64,000 nt of DNA from an uncultured Gemmatimonadota bacterium. GTDB lineage: Bacteria; JAAXHH01. Where the stretch lies: the NCBI GenBank assembly GCA_951812955.1, contig OX638340.1:2816001-2880000 (forward strand), written 5' to 3'. The translations under genes were made by a program, and so were the position numbers. The notes beneath the pieces were generated by a model. The model had not been told where the DNA came from. It searched no databases and worked only from the letters and a program-made list of their open reading frames with translations. The first letter of the stretch is position 1; each line of letters starts with the position of its first letter. This document shows, piece by piece, positions 21,102 through 30,248 of this stretch.

Positions 21102-24100
21102 TTGAAGAAATGGCGTCGATATGTAACAGCCGGAGCTGTCGTGTTTACGACGGCGATCGCCTTGGGGGTCGCACAATACCTCACGGCGTTGCCGGACGCA
21201 CCGGCAAGATCCTCGGCGACTCAGGGGTCTCCGATCCCGAACGAACTCGCCCTGGATTCAAGGCAAGATGCCTATATCGGCGGTCAGACCTACATGGCCG
21301 TCATGAATTCGGAACTTACCGACACCTACACTGGCGTGGGCTGGCGGGGTTCGGGCCGTTCCATGAGTCCCACGATGGGCTTTCCTTCGTACACCTTTCC
21401 CGCAGGTGGGTTGGACGCGCCGCTATGGGCGTCGGCTATGGGTATCACGGCTTATCAGCCCAACGCTGTGGCCGGTATGCCCATCAGTCGCGCCGAAGGT
21501 GATTTCATCGGCACCACCAACGTCTATCGCGCGCCGCCTCATCAGCGTGAACAGGCCCCGCAAGGCTTCTGGTCAGATCAGGGCGGATCGAGCAGCCCGG
21601 GTTTTGCCGGTGGAACCGTGGGACCGGGTGGTTACCGTGAGCCCTTCATAACGGAAACGACCTTCAATACGAACGCGGGTATTCGGGTCCAGCGTCAGTC
21701 GTACAGCTTCAGCTACGGCTACGGCCATACGAATGACTTCATCCTGTTGCGTCACGTGCTGAATGTTCACGGTGAGGTAGACGTAAATCAGGATGGTATG
21801 TTAGAAGAGGGTCAGAATGGCGGAGTTACGATCAGGAACTTCCTGATCATTTTCAACTATGACTTCGACATTCCCTGGACCAACAACCCCCTCCTGACCG
21901 GTGGGGCGATCGGCGGCGGTACAGGCGGTGACGACAAGCAGCCACCTGCCATGTTCAGCCGAGTGATGCCTCGCGCCGTACCGGAGGGGCTGATCAATTC
22001 GGGCCGATACAACCAGGCTCCGTACAGCGACCGGTTCTATTCCGGCCTGGTCACCATGTTCGACGAGGACGATCCGGGTCATCCGGGCATCGACTCCTAC
22101 GTATGGAACACGACCAACGGTAACTTCAATCCGTTGCACGTGGGCGAAGCTTCGTTGATTGTGCTTGAAGGCTCCGGCGATGAAGATCCGCTCGGGGACT
22201 TGAACAACGCCGCTGCGCTTGATATCTACGATGCGCCTTCAGTCGGCCTGTTCAATACCCATGAATGGTGGATCGCTGACCTGAGAACTGTTTTCGGATG
22301 GTACGAGGGTTCGCTTACCAAGTACCTGGAGAACAAGACGGTCAACGTGCCTGGCGGCAGCAGCGCACCGCATCCGGATCTTTTCACCAGTGGCAGTCCG
22401 CTTGAAAGAAATACCGATATCAGTACCTGGACCGCCAAGACGCAGGCTGGTGGATCGGCCGAGGGCATGGGCCTGAAGTGGGGCGACCCGCGCAATCTGA
22501 CCCAACCCGGCAATCCTGGTACGGCCGCCATAGGTCTGCAGCCAGGTCAGTACGATAGCATCACGCTCTTCGATCTCGATGGCGTGTTTGCCGGCATCGT
22601 GCCTGATCCGTACAACGGCAGCGACACGAAGGACGAGACCTCCGGCGCCGGTTGCATCCGGAACGCTCTTGGCTGGGGACCCTACACCAAGGCACCCGGC
22701 GAAGATCTTAGCATCTGGCATGTTGACCTGATAGGGGCCGGTAAAGACGGCGCCTACGACGTTTACCTCCGCGCGCAGGACGTCTGGATGCAGCGGAAGT
22801 ACAACATGGCCAACAACACGTACTACTGGGACGGTTCCAACGACCGCATCATCCCCGTGTATAACGCGGATGGTTCCATCGCTCGGGACGGTGCCGACGA
22901 AGCCATGACCGTTACGCACAACTTCGGTCGCGGTGCTGCCAGCGGCGCGCTGTTCCATCCGGCGCCTCCTCCTACCCTGTCGGTCTTCCCGACCGCCAAC
23001 GGTACGATCGCGCTGGCGTGGGCCAACAATGCGGAAACGGCTATCGATCCGGGCCGGGGCGTTGTGGATTTCGCGAAGTACCGCGTGTACCGCGCTTCCG
23101 GTTTCATCGATCAGTTCCCGACCGCTACGGTCGCCCATGAAGTCGGTTACAATAGTACGGTGATCCCGCCGAATCTCGGTCTGAGCGAAGGTGCGTCCGC
23201 GATTACGGACGTGACCGATCCGACGACCGCAGCGGTAAAGCAGGGCCATCCGTACGCCCGGTTCATCCATGAAGGCCTTACGCTCGGTGCCGACTACAAC
23301 ATCGGTCGGGTATACGACTTCGTGGCTGACGACCTGGTTAAGCGCTTCGCGGCGCCTAACTTCTCGGGACCGTACGTCCAGATCGCTGAATTCGGCGGTG
23401 GCGGCGGCAATCAGACCAACAGCCTGAATCCGCCAGAATCCGTATCGTATCCGAATCCGTATCCGGCGGGAAGCAGGATTCCGGGCTTCGAGGATGATTT
23501 TATCGAAACCACGCCGAGTTCGACACAGATCGTTCAAGCGAACAACGACTTGGGCGCCACGACGGCTATCGCGACCAGTTTCTCTGATCGCTATCCTGAT
23601 GCAGTCGGATCAGGCGATGCGCAGATTACCAGTGTCGGCGGTATTCTCGCGGATCCCCGCCTGGTCGGCAAAAGCGGTTATATGTTCGAAGATCGTTCGG
23701 TGCTGATTGGGTTCAGCTACTGGTACTACGTGGCCGCGGTAGATAACGAAAGCGCGCAACAGCACGATTTCGACAACTACGTAGCCGATCAGGGCTCGTC
23801 CCAGCGGGTAATCACCCGTACCATCAACGGGCTCGAGAGTTTCTACACGATGAACGCAAACGGGACGGATGGACGGTGGCACGGTCAGTATCCCTACCGG
23901 GGTCTGTCAGTGGGGCCGCAGGTACCGGGACAGGACGTCGTTCCGACGACCGTGGCTCGTAACGAGGTGGCAGGCGGTGTGGCGGAATTCGAAAATCTGA
24001 TGACCGTCGCCCCCAACCCCTTCGTTTTCCAGGCCCAGTGGGATCTGGCAACGAAGTCGCAAACCGTCAAGTTCTTCAACGCTCCGGTACCATCCCGCAT

Positions 24101-24305
24101 CACGATCTTCGACTCGGCCGGCCTTCAGGTTAAGCAGTTCTCAGTGCCTGGCGACCAGACCACGACGATCGGCGGTGTGACGGACTGGGATCTGAAGAAC
24201 GATTCCAACGTACCTGTTTCCAGCGGTCTGTACATCTGCGTGGTCGAAGCCGAAATTGGCGGCGTGAGCTACGCGAAAACGTTGAAACTCTACGTCCGGC
24301 GGTAA
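21102..24305 (+). CDS. Large secreted protein with type IX secretion system (Por) C-terminal sorting domain; function unknown
   Basis: The last ~90 aa match the T9SS CTD / Por_Secre_tail pattern: APNPF..., TVKFFNAPVPSRITIFDSAGLQVKQF, WDLKNDSNVPVSSGLYICVV, KTLKLYVRR. N-terminal signal peptide after TTG start 21102 (AGGAGG 7 nt upstream). FN3-like segment (YRVYRASG). No catalytic motifs recognised. Confidence 0.75.
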   Translation: MKKWRRYVTAGAVVFTTAIALGVAQYLTALPDAPARSSATQGSPIPNELALDSRQDAYIGGQTYMAVMNSELTDTYTGVGWRGSGRSMSPTMGFPSYTFPAGGLDAPLWASAMGITAYQPNAVAGMPISRAEGDFIGTTNVYRAPPHQREQAPQGFWSDQGGSSSPGFAGGTVGPGGYREPFITETTFNTNAGIRVQRQSYSFSYGYGHTNDFILLRHVLNVHGEVDVNQDGMLEEGQNGGVTIRNFLIIFNYDFDIPWTNNPLLTGGAIGGGTGGDDKQPPAMFSRVMPRAVPEGLINSGRYNQAPYSDRFYSGLVTMFDEDDPGHPGIDSYVWNTTNGNFNPLHVGEASLIVLEGSGDEDPLGDLNNAAALDIYDAPSVGLFNTHEWWIADLRTVFGWYEGSLTKYLENKTVNVPGGSSAPHPDLFTSGSPLERNTDISTWTAKTQAGGSAEGMGLKWGDPRNLTQPGNPGTAAIGLQPGQYDSITLFDLDGVFAGIVPDPYNGSDTKDETSGAGCIRNALGWGPYTKAPGEDLSIWHVDLIGAGKDGAYDVYLRAQDVWMQRKYNMANNTYYWDGSNDRIIPVYNADGSIARDGADEAMTVTHNFGRGAASGALFHPAPPPTLSVFPTANGTIALAWANNAETAIDPGRGVVDFAKYRVYRASGFIDQFPTATVAHEVGYNSTVIPPNLGLSEGASAITDVTDPTTAAVKQGHPYARFIHEGLTLGADYNIGRVYDFVADDLVKRFAAPNFSGPYVQIAEFGGGGGNQTNSLNPPESVSYPNPYPAGSRIPGFEDDFIETTPSSTQIVQANNDLGATTAIATSFSDRYPDAVGSGDAQITSVGGILADPRLVGKSGYMFEDRSVLIGFSYWYYVAAVDNESAQQHDFDNYVADQGSSQRVITRTINGLESFYTMNANGTDGRWHGQYPYRGLSVGPQVPGQDVVPTTVARNEVAGGVAEFENLMTVAPNPFVFQAQWDLATKSQTVKFFNAPVPSRITIFDSAGLQVKQFSVPGDQTTTIGGVTDWDLKNDSNVPVSSGLYICVVEAEIGGVSYAKTLKLYVRR

Positions 24306-24369
24306 ACTTCGGTAAAGTCCCGCGCCATGCGTCATAGCGCGGGACGGTCCGATTCAGGGAGGTTATCTA

Positions 24370-25353
24370 ATGAAAGTATTTGTACGCTGGGGCGTGGTTA
24401 CCGGATTGCTGATGGCACTGTCAGCGCCGGTACATGCTCAGGTTTCCAAGGGTGGAACCGCCGCGACGAAATTTCTGACGCTTGATTCCAGCGCTCGTGT
24501 CGCGGGTGTTGCATCCTCTGCCACATCCTACACGGATCTTGGCGCTTTCTCTGCTCTGACGAATCAAGCCACCATGGTGTTCGTCGAGGGTAGAGGAGCA
24601 GTCGGCGTTTCCTATACACCGTATTTCGCGGAAATGACGCTGTTCAGTGCCGGTCTGGTGTGGAATCTCGGCGATAACGGCGCCGTGGGTCTGAGTGTGC
24701 ATTCGCTGCTTTCGGGCGACATACCCTATACCACATCCGGTGATCCGACGGGTCAATTTGCCACAGCTGGCCAGAACTTTTCCGTGTCTGACCTGGCCAT
24801 CGGTCCGAGTTATGCGCGTCGACTGACGGATTCATTCGCCGTCGGCGGATCGTTGAAGTATATCTCGGAAGGCACGAGCGGCGCTGGAGATGACGACCGT
24901 ACCAGCACAGCGGTCGCGGTGGACGTGGGTACGATTTACACCACGGATTTCCGTAATTTCCGTATAGGCGCCTCGTTCCAGAATTTTGGTCCGGACATGC
25001 AATTCATCGATGAATCGAGTGCTCGCGACCAGTTGCCTACGACGTTCCGTATCGGTTTTGCCGCTGAGCCGGCCGAACTGCCGACGGGAAGCGTGATGCT
25101 CAGCGCAGAGCTGTGGAAACTCCGCGAGTACGATTCAGTACTCAATCTGGGTATCGAGTGGTGGGTTAACGATTATATCGCGGGACGGGTTGGCTGGAAA
25201 GCCGGATACAGCGGCGGCCAGGATGAAGGCGTATCCGCCGGCGCAGGTCTCCGGTTCAGCCAGGGTGAATTGAGTCTCAACGTTGATTACGCGTATACGC
25301 AGTTTGAACTTCTGGACGATCTGCATCGCGTGTCCGTAGGTGTGGGCTTCTAA
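24370..25353 (+). CDS. Outer-membrane beta-barrel protein, PorV/PorQ (T9SS shuttle) -like family
   Basis: Signal peptide (LLMALSAPVHAQ). N-terminus VSKGGTAATKFLTLDSSARVAGVASSAT resembles the conserved PorV/UPF0164 start (G-t-AA-FL-i--gARa-gMGgA). Alternating amphipathic strands and a C-terminal aromatic residue (GVGF). Lies directly downstream of a T9SS-CTD cargo gene. Confidence 0.5.
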   Translation: MKVFVRWGVVTGLLMALSAPVHAQVSKGGTAATKFLTLDSSARVAGVASSATSYTDLGAFSALTNQATMVFVEGRGAVGVSYTPYFAEMTLFSAGLVWNLGDNGAVGLSVHSLLSGDIPYTTSGDPTGQFATAGQNFSVSDLAIGPSYARRLTDSFAVGGSLKYISEGTSGAGDDDRTSTAVAVDVGTIYTTDFRNFRIGASFQNFGPDMQFIDESSARDQLPTTFRIGFAAEPAELPTGSVMLSAELWKLREYDSVLNLGIEWWVNDYIAGRVGWKAGYSGGQDEGVSAGAGLRFSQGELSLNVDYAYTQFELLDDLHRVSVGVGF

Positions 25354-25471
25354 ACAAAAGGCCAGAGCGTACGGATGGATGTAAGAATATCGTTAGTTTG
25401 AAGTACCAGGAGAATCCCTCAGTCCGTTTGATGAGGGATTCTCTTATGTAGTGAAAGAATTGAGGACGCTG

Positions 25472-27379
25472 ATGGGATTGAACGTGAGACGAAATATCAC
25501 ATACTGTTATGCATTAAAGTTTGTTGTAATCGTTTGTATGGCGGCTGCCTGTGTGTTGACCGGCCTGGACGCCATGGCCATACAGTTAAGCGGCACAGTG
25601 ACCGATGGGAAGGATCCCGTGCCGGGTGTCCGAGTTCGAGAACACGGTAAACCGAATTTCGTTGTGACCGATTCAGAAGGCAGATTCACCCTCAACATCA
25701 CCGAAGAACCCGTGCAGCAGTACGCCATAACGGCCGGTAAGGAAGGCTGGTTGAACGGCGGGGTCATGGTGGATCGAAAAACATCATATACGACGATTAT
25801 TATACAAAAAGTACCTGAAGAAATAGACACCTCGTACGATTTCATTACCCCCCACAAATCCCTGGTCGATCTGCGCGAGGAGCCGGAAGAGCTGGAGAGA
25901 CTCCGCGCGCAATCGCACACGGGCTTCGAGGAGGGGTGCAACCTCTGTCATTTCGAGCCGACCTGCTACCTCTGCCATAGAGATCTCTACGATCAATGGA
26001 GCACTTCGCAACACGCGAAGGGTGTCGACAACCCGTGGACGTTGAATCTTTACGATGGTACTGATGCGGACGGGAACGAAAACGTGGGACCGGGATTCAG
26101 GCTGGATTTTCCTGACGAAGCCGGAGAATGCGCCGATTGCCACGCGCCGTCAGCAGCTGTCGACGCGCCAGGGAAGACCGACTTGAAGGTAGTATACAAT
26201 CGTTCGCTGGCTTATCCGACCGTCCAGGACTACAAGACGCTCGAACGCATGGAATACGAAAGACTTGCCGGCTCGGTCGATGCCGCGGGAATTCACTGCG
26301 ATTTCTGCCACAAGATTCAAAATGTGGAAGTCAATGATCACGCGGGGGTAAATGGATCCATCACGCTGAACCTGGTGGCCATGGAAGAGGAAAAGCAGGC
26401 CCGGCTCATCAAGGGGAAGTTCCCGCCGATATTCGTGTACGGACCCTATGACGATGTTATAAATTTCACCCCATTACCGGGTTCATCCAACACCTCACCC
26501 ATGGTGGCGAGCTACAATCCGATCTACACGAGCAGCGACTACTGCTCCGCCTGCCACCAGCACAAAAACAAGCACGGCCTTCCGTTCATGGATACGTACC
26601 AGGAGTGGAAGGATAGTCCCTATTCCGCCATGGGCATAGAATGCCAGGACTGCCATATGAAGCCGGAGTCCGACGGTTTCACCTTTGGTTCTTTCGTGAA
26701 CGGCGACGCGGAGAAGTTCTGGACACCCATCGGATACCGGGACCCGACAACCGTTAAAACGCATGGGTTTCCGGGGGCCACAGAGACGCTCCTGCCGAAC
26801 GCCGCGACCCTGGCCATCAATTCCGTTGTTTCCAATGGACTGTTGACGGTGACCGTTGACGTGCGTAACGTCAATACGGGGCACCATATACCTTCGGGTA
26901 TCACCATCAGGAATATGCTGTTGCTCGTTACGCCCGTTCTGGCGAATGGAGATACCTTGCGTTACGTGGGGGACCAGCGTGTTCCGGTTTACGGCGGCGA
27001 AGGCGACCCGGCCGAAGGAAATTACGCGGGCTACCCGGGTAAGGGATTCGCCCTGGTTTTCGGTGATGACGCCGGCAACACCCATGTCATGGACTGGCAG
27101 GCGACCCGCATTGTCGAGGACACGCGAATCAAGGCGCGAGAGGCAGATCGTTCCGTATATACATTTGAAGTACCATCGGACATCGAGCGCGTGGATGTTC
27201 ATACGGATCTGATTTATAGAAGAGCATTCAAACCGTTGGCCGATCTCAAGAAGTGGACGCAGAAGGATATGAACGTGGCGTCGGACATCACCACGGTAAG
27301 GCCAGTTGGACAACTCGAAGTTTCCACTCCTTCGAAAGGACTGAGCCTCCGCGATCGTATCAGATCCTACTTCGATTGA
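25472..27379 (+). CDS. Multihaem c-type cytochrome (6 CxxCH motifs) with N-terminal carboxypeptidase-regulatory-like domain
   Basis: Six haem-binding motifs read directly: CNLCH, CYLCH, CADCH, CDFCH, CSACH, CQDCH. Signal peptide after ATG 25472 (GAGGA RBS 5 nt upstream). CarbD-reg-like beta-sandwich GTVTDGKDPVPGVRV...DSEGRFTLNI. Large non-haem C-terminal half. Confidence 0.75.
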   Translation: MGLNVRRNITYCYALKFVVIVCMAAACVLTGLDAMAIQLSGTVTDGKDPVPGVRVREHGKPNFVVTDSEGRFTLNITEEPVQQYAITAGKEGWLNGGVMVDRKTSYTTIIIQKVPEEIDTSYDFITPHKSLVDLREEPEELERLRAQSHTGFEEGCNLCHFEPTCYLCHRDLYDQWSTSQHAKGVDNPWTLNLYDGTDADGNENVGPGFRLDFPDEAGECADCHAPSAAVDAPGKTDLKVVYNRSLAYPTVQDYKTLERMEYERLAGSVDAAGIHCDFCHKIQNVEVNDHAGVNGSITLNLVAMEEEKQARLIKGKFPPIFVYGPYDDVINFTPLPGSSNTSPMVASYNPIYTSSDYCSACHQHKNKHGLPFMDTYQEWKDSPYSAMGIECQDCHMKPESDGFTFGSFVNGDAEKFWTPIGYRDPTTVKTHGFPGATETLLPNAATLAINSVVSNGLLTVTVDVRNVNTGHHIPSGITIRNMLLLVTPVLANGDTLRYVGDQRVPVYGGEGDPAEGNYAGYPGKGFALVFGDDAGNTHVMDWQATRIVEDTRIKAREADRSVYTFEVPSDIERVDVHTDLIYRRAFKPLADLKKWTQKDMNVASDITTVRPVGQLEVSTPSKGLSLRDRIRSYFD

Positions 27380-27478
27380 CGGGTTTGGCATGTGCAAGTT
27401 GTCGATACGTACATCGGCACCTGGACAACCTGTTCAGATGCCGGGATTCCCGCCCTGATTCGGTAACCTCACGAGCAT

Positions 27479-29095
27479 ATGCGCAATATCCTTCTCGCAG
27501 CCTTTCTGCTTTACACCCCTCTGCTTACGGACACCGGTCCATACCTCACGTACATTTCCACCGTCCGTCAGGATGAATCGTCCAGGCAAATTTCGCCCGA
27601 GGATGAGAGCCGTCTGCTTGAAGACGTGATGTATTTCCGGCAGCAGATTGAGCAGAACAGGAGCGAACCCGCCAACTACTTCAATCTGGGTCTCGCGGCC
27701 GTTGCCCTGGACAAGCTGGCCACGGCGGAAGCGGCATTCCAGGTTGTCACCAGTTTGCGCCCCGGAGATGTCGACGCTCATTTCAACCTGGGTATGGTTT
27801 ACGCCCGGCAGGACCGGTACGACGAGGCGATCAAGGCATTCAGCCGAGTTGTGGAAATGGATCCCGAGCGTGCAGAACCTTACTACAACCTCGGCCGGGC
27901 CTATCAGATATCTGGAATGCTGGTGGAATCCATAAAATCTTTTGTTAAGGCAACGACGCTGGACCCCGACAACAGCCTGTTTCAGTACGGTCGGGGGACA
28001 ACGGAAGAGAAGATGGGCGCCCTGGGGGAGGCCGCCGTTTCCTATTCCAATGCCATATCCATCGATCCGGAATTCGTCGACGCCCGGTATGCGTTGGGAC
28101 GCGTACTGTTGGATCAGCGGAAATTCCAGGAAGCCCGGGATGCCTTTCGCGAAGTGCTGCGCGTAGATTCCGGCAAGGCGGAGGCATACTGCCAACTCGG
28201 TGTGATCGCGCTGAGCGAAGGCCGTGTCGACGATGCGGTCCGGGCGTATGAGAACGCCAGGCAGATAGATGAAGCATCGGTGGAGGCCATCGCGGGAATT
28301 GCCCAGGCTTCGTTGCGTGCGGGACAGACTGAACGGGCGGTATCGCTGTACCAGCAGGCCTTAACGATAGATTCAGAATCGCCTACCCTGCATTACCATG
28401 CGGGCACGGCTTTCGCGGCCGCCGAGCGCTATGAAGAAGCGTTGGACGCCTTTGCGGGTGCGATAGAACGCTATCCGGAGTATCCCGAGCCCTACCTGTC
28501 GATGGGTAACACGCTCAACGCCCTGGGGAGGGGGGATGACGCCGGGCCGTTTCTCGAAGCGTTCCAACGGCTCAACGCGTTCAAGGAGGAGTTGTCGCAG
28601 GCGGAAGCCTTGGTACGCCTGAATCCGCGGGTAGCGGAGGTACATTACAACATGGCAACGGCCCTGACCCAGCTGGGCCGGTACGAGGATGCCGTGCGGG
28701 AATTTCGGATCGCCACGGAACTGGCGCCTCGTTTCGTTCACGCCTATAACAACCTCGGCGTCGCCTATGTTCAACTCGGCAAGTTTGACGAAGCCCGCGG
28801 CGCCTACCAGCAATCGATCCTGCTGGATTCGACCTACGTAGAGGCCTATACGAACCTGGCATGGCTCTTTGCCGAACACGGCGAAAACCTGGACCGTGCC
28901 CTGGAGCTGGCCGACAGGGCGGTCGAGATGGCTCCTACGGTCGTCTCCTACGAAACGCTGGCGGTCGTGCGGAACGCGGGAGGGGATTATGCCGGGGCCG
29001 ATGCGGCTATGCGGAATGCAATCCGTATCGAACCTGATAACGAGGTATTGCGGCAACGTTGGGAGCGGATCAGGCAGGAAAGGAACGGATCATGA
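27479..29095 (+). CDS. Tetratricopeptide-repeat (TPR) protein, exported
   Basis: N-terminal hydrophobic leader, then >10 consecutive 34-aa TPR units with the A/Y/F-x-N-L-G consensus (e.g. AHFNLGMVYARQDRYDEAIKAFSRVVEMDP, EPYYNLGRAYQ..). Confidence 0.7.
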   Translation: MRNILLAAFLLYTPLLTDTGPYLTYISTVRQDESSRQISPEDESRLLEDVMYFRQQIEQNRSEPANYFNLGLAAVALDKLATAEAAFQVVTSLRPGDVDAHFNLGMVYARQDRYDEAIKAFSRVVEMDPERAEPYYNLGRAYQISGMLVESIKSFVKATTLDPDNSLFQYGRGTTEEKMGALGEAAVSYSNAISIDPEFVDARYALGRVLLDQRKFQEARDAFREVLRVDSGKAEAYCQLGVIALSEGRVDDAVRAYENARQIDEASVEAIAGIAQASLRAGQTERAVSLYQQALTIDSESPTLHYHAGTAFAAAERYEEALDAFAGAIERYPEYPEPYLSMGNTLNALGRGDDAGPFLEAFQRLNAFKEELSQAEALVRLNPRVAEVHYNMATALTQLGRYEDAVREFRIATELAPRFVHAYNNLGVAYVQLGKFDEARGAYQQSILLDSTYVEAYTNLAWLFAEHGENLDRALELADRAVEMAPTVVSYETLAVVRNAGGDYAGADAAMRNAIRIEPDNEVLRQRWERIRQERNGS

Positions 29096-29120
29096 ACCAA
29101 TACAGTGGAAGGAGAAGCGG

Positions 29121-30248
29121 ATGAAGCGGGTGAAGTCCAGGGTGTTGCCGCTCCTGGCGGCGGCACTTGTGATGGGTTGCGCGGAAGCGGACGATGACGG
29201 GATGTGGCGTGGCAGAACGGAAGTGGTCGCGGGAGCCTCAAGGGTCATAAGCGATGCGCCAATCCGGCACTCACCCGATCAGACGGCAGACGTCACGCTC
29301 GAAGAGGACCTGGTGATTGATGGCGGCGAGGACCGGTCGTTCTCGTCGGTTTTCGGGATCACCACGGATCGGAACGGCAACATTTACGTGGCCGACTCGG
29401 AACAGAAGCGCATACAGAAGTTCGATGAAACCGGTTCGTTTCAGACGTCCGTAGGGTCGTCGGGCGTGGGACCGCTGCAGTTCAAATCTCCTGTGGATAT
29501 GGTGCTTGACAGCGAAGGGCGGTTGTTCGTACTGGACAGCGAACTCGACCGGGTCACGGTATTTAATCCGGACCTGAGTTTCGCCGACATCTGGCAAACG
29601 CAGGTTACGAAGCCCCGCCGCATACGTATAGACACCGAGGGTAACGTGCTTGTCTTCGTCATTACACAGCATGATCTCATCTACAAATTCAGTCCGAACG
29701 GCGATCCGATTGCGAAGTTCTACAATCCCATGGAAACCATGCGGCGTACCGGAACCCTGACAGAGTTCATTGCATATTCCGACGCGGCCATGGAGTCTAC
29801 AGAGGACGGGTACGTCGTCGTTTCCGCAAGACACCCCTACAAGATAAGTAAGTTTGACCGGGTAAACGGACTGGAATTGGAATTTTACCGGACCACTTCC
29901 TTTGATATGAAGCCGCTGGGACGGTGGACGAACACGCAGCATCCACCTCCCGTCGGCGTGTCCGGCGGCCTGGCCGTACTGCCCGACGGACGCATCATGA
30001 ACACCATACAGTACCAGGAATTCGAACAGGTGGGGTTGAACACCATGGGCATGCCCCAGTTGAAAATGACGAAAATGGATCGATGGTACGATTTTTTTAC
30101 TCCGGATGGCAAATGGGAAATGACCGCACAGTTCGCCGTGAGCGGAGTTCCCATGCACGTGGACCGGCAGGGCCGTATCTATTTCGCTGATTTGGCCGAA
30201 GACAGAGTCGTCAGGTACAACTTTGTTTTTCCTGAGGAGTACAACTAG
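29121..30248 (+). CDS. NHL-repeat beta-propeller lipoprotein
   Basis: Lipobox LAAALVMGC after ATG 29121 (GGAGAAG RBS). NHL repeats such as FGITTDRNGNIYVADSEQKRIQKFDETGSF and PVDMVLDSEGRLFVLDSELDRVTVFN. Confidence 0.65.
   Translation: MKRVKSRVLPLLAAALVMGCAEADDDGMWRGRTEVVAGASRVISDAPIRHSPDQTADVTLEEDLVIDGGEDRSFSSVFGITTDRNGNIYVADSEQKRIQKFDETGSFQTSVGSSGVGPLQFKSPVDMVLDSEGRLFVLDSELDRVTVFNPDLSFADIWQTQVTKPRRIRIDTEGNVLVFVITQHDLIYKFSPNGDPIAKFYNPMETMRRTGTLTEFIAYSDAAMESTEDGYVVVSARHPYKISKFDRVNGLELEFYRTTSFDMKPLGRWTNTQHPPPVGVSGGLAVLPDGRIMNTIQYQEFEQVGLNTMGMPQLKMTKMDRWYDFFTPDGKWEMTAQFAVSGVPMHVDRQGRIYFADLAEDRVVRYNFVFPEEYN

Noticed and set aside
22239-23537. 432-aa minus ORF within the T9SS cargo gene
   Set aside because: Antisense shadow ORF. 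The plus-strand frame runs uninterrupted for 3.2 kb and ends in a canonical T9SS CTD.
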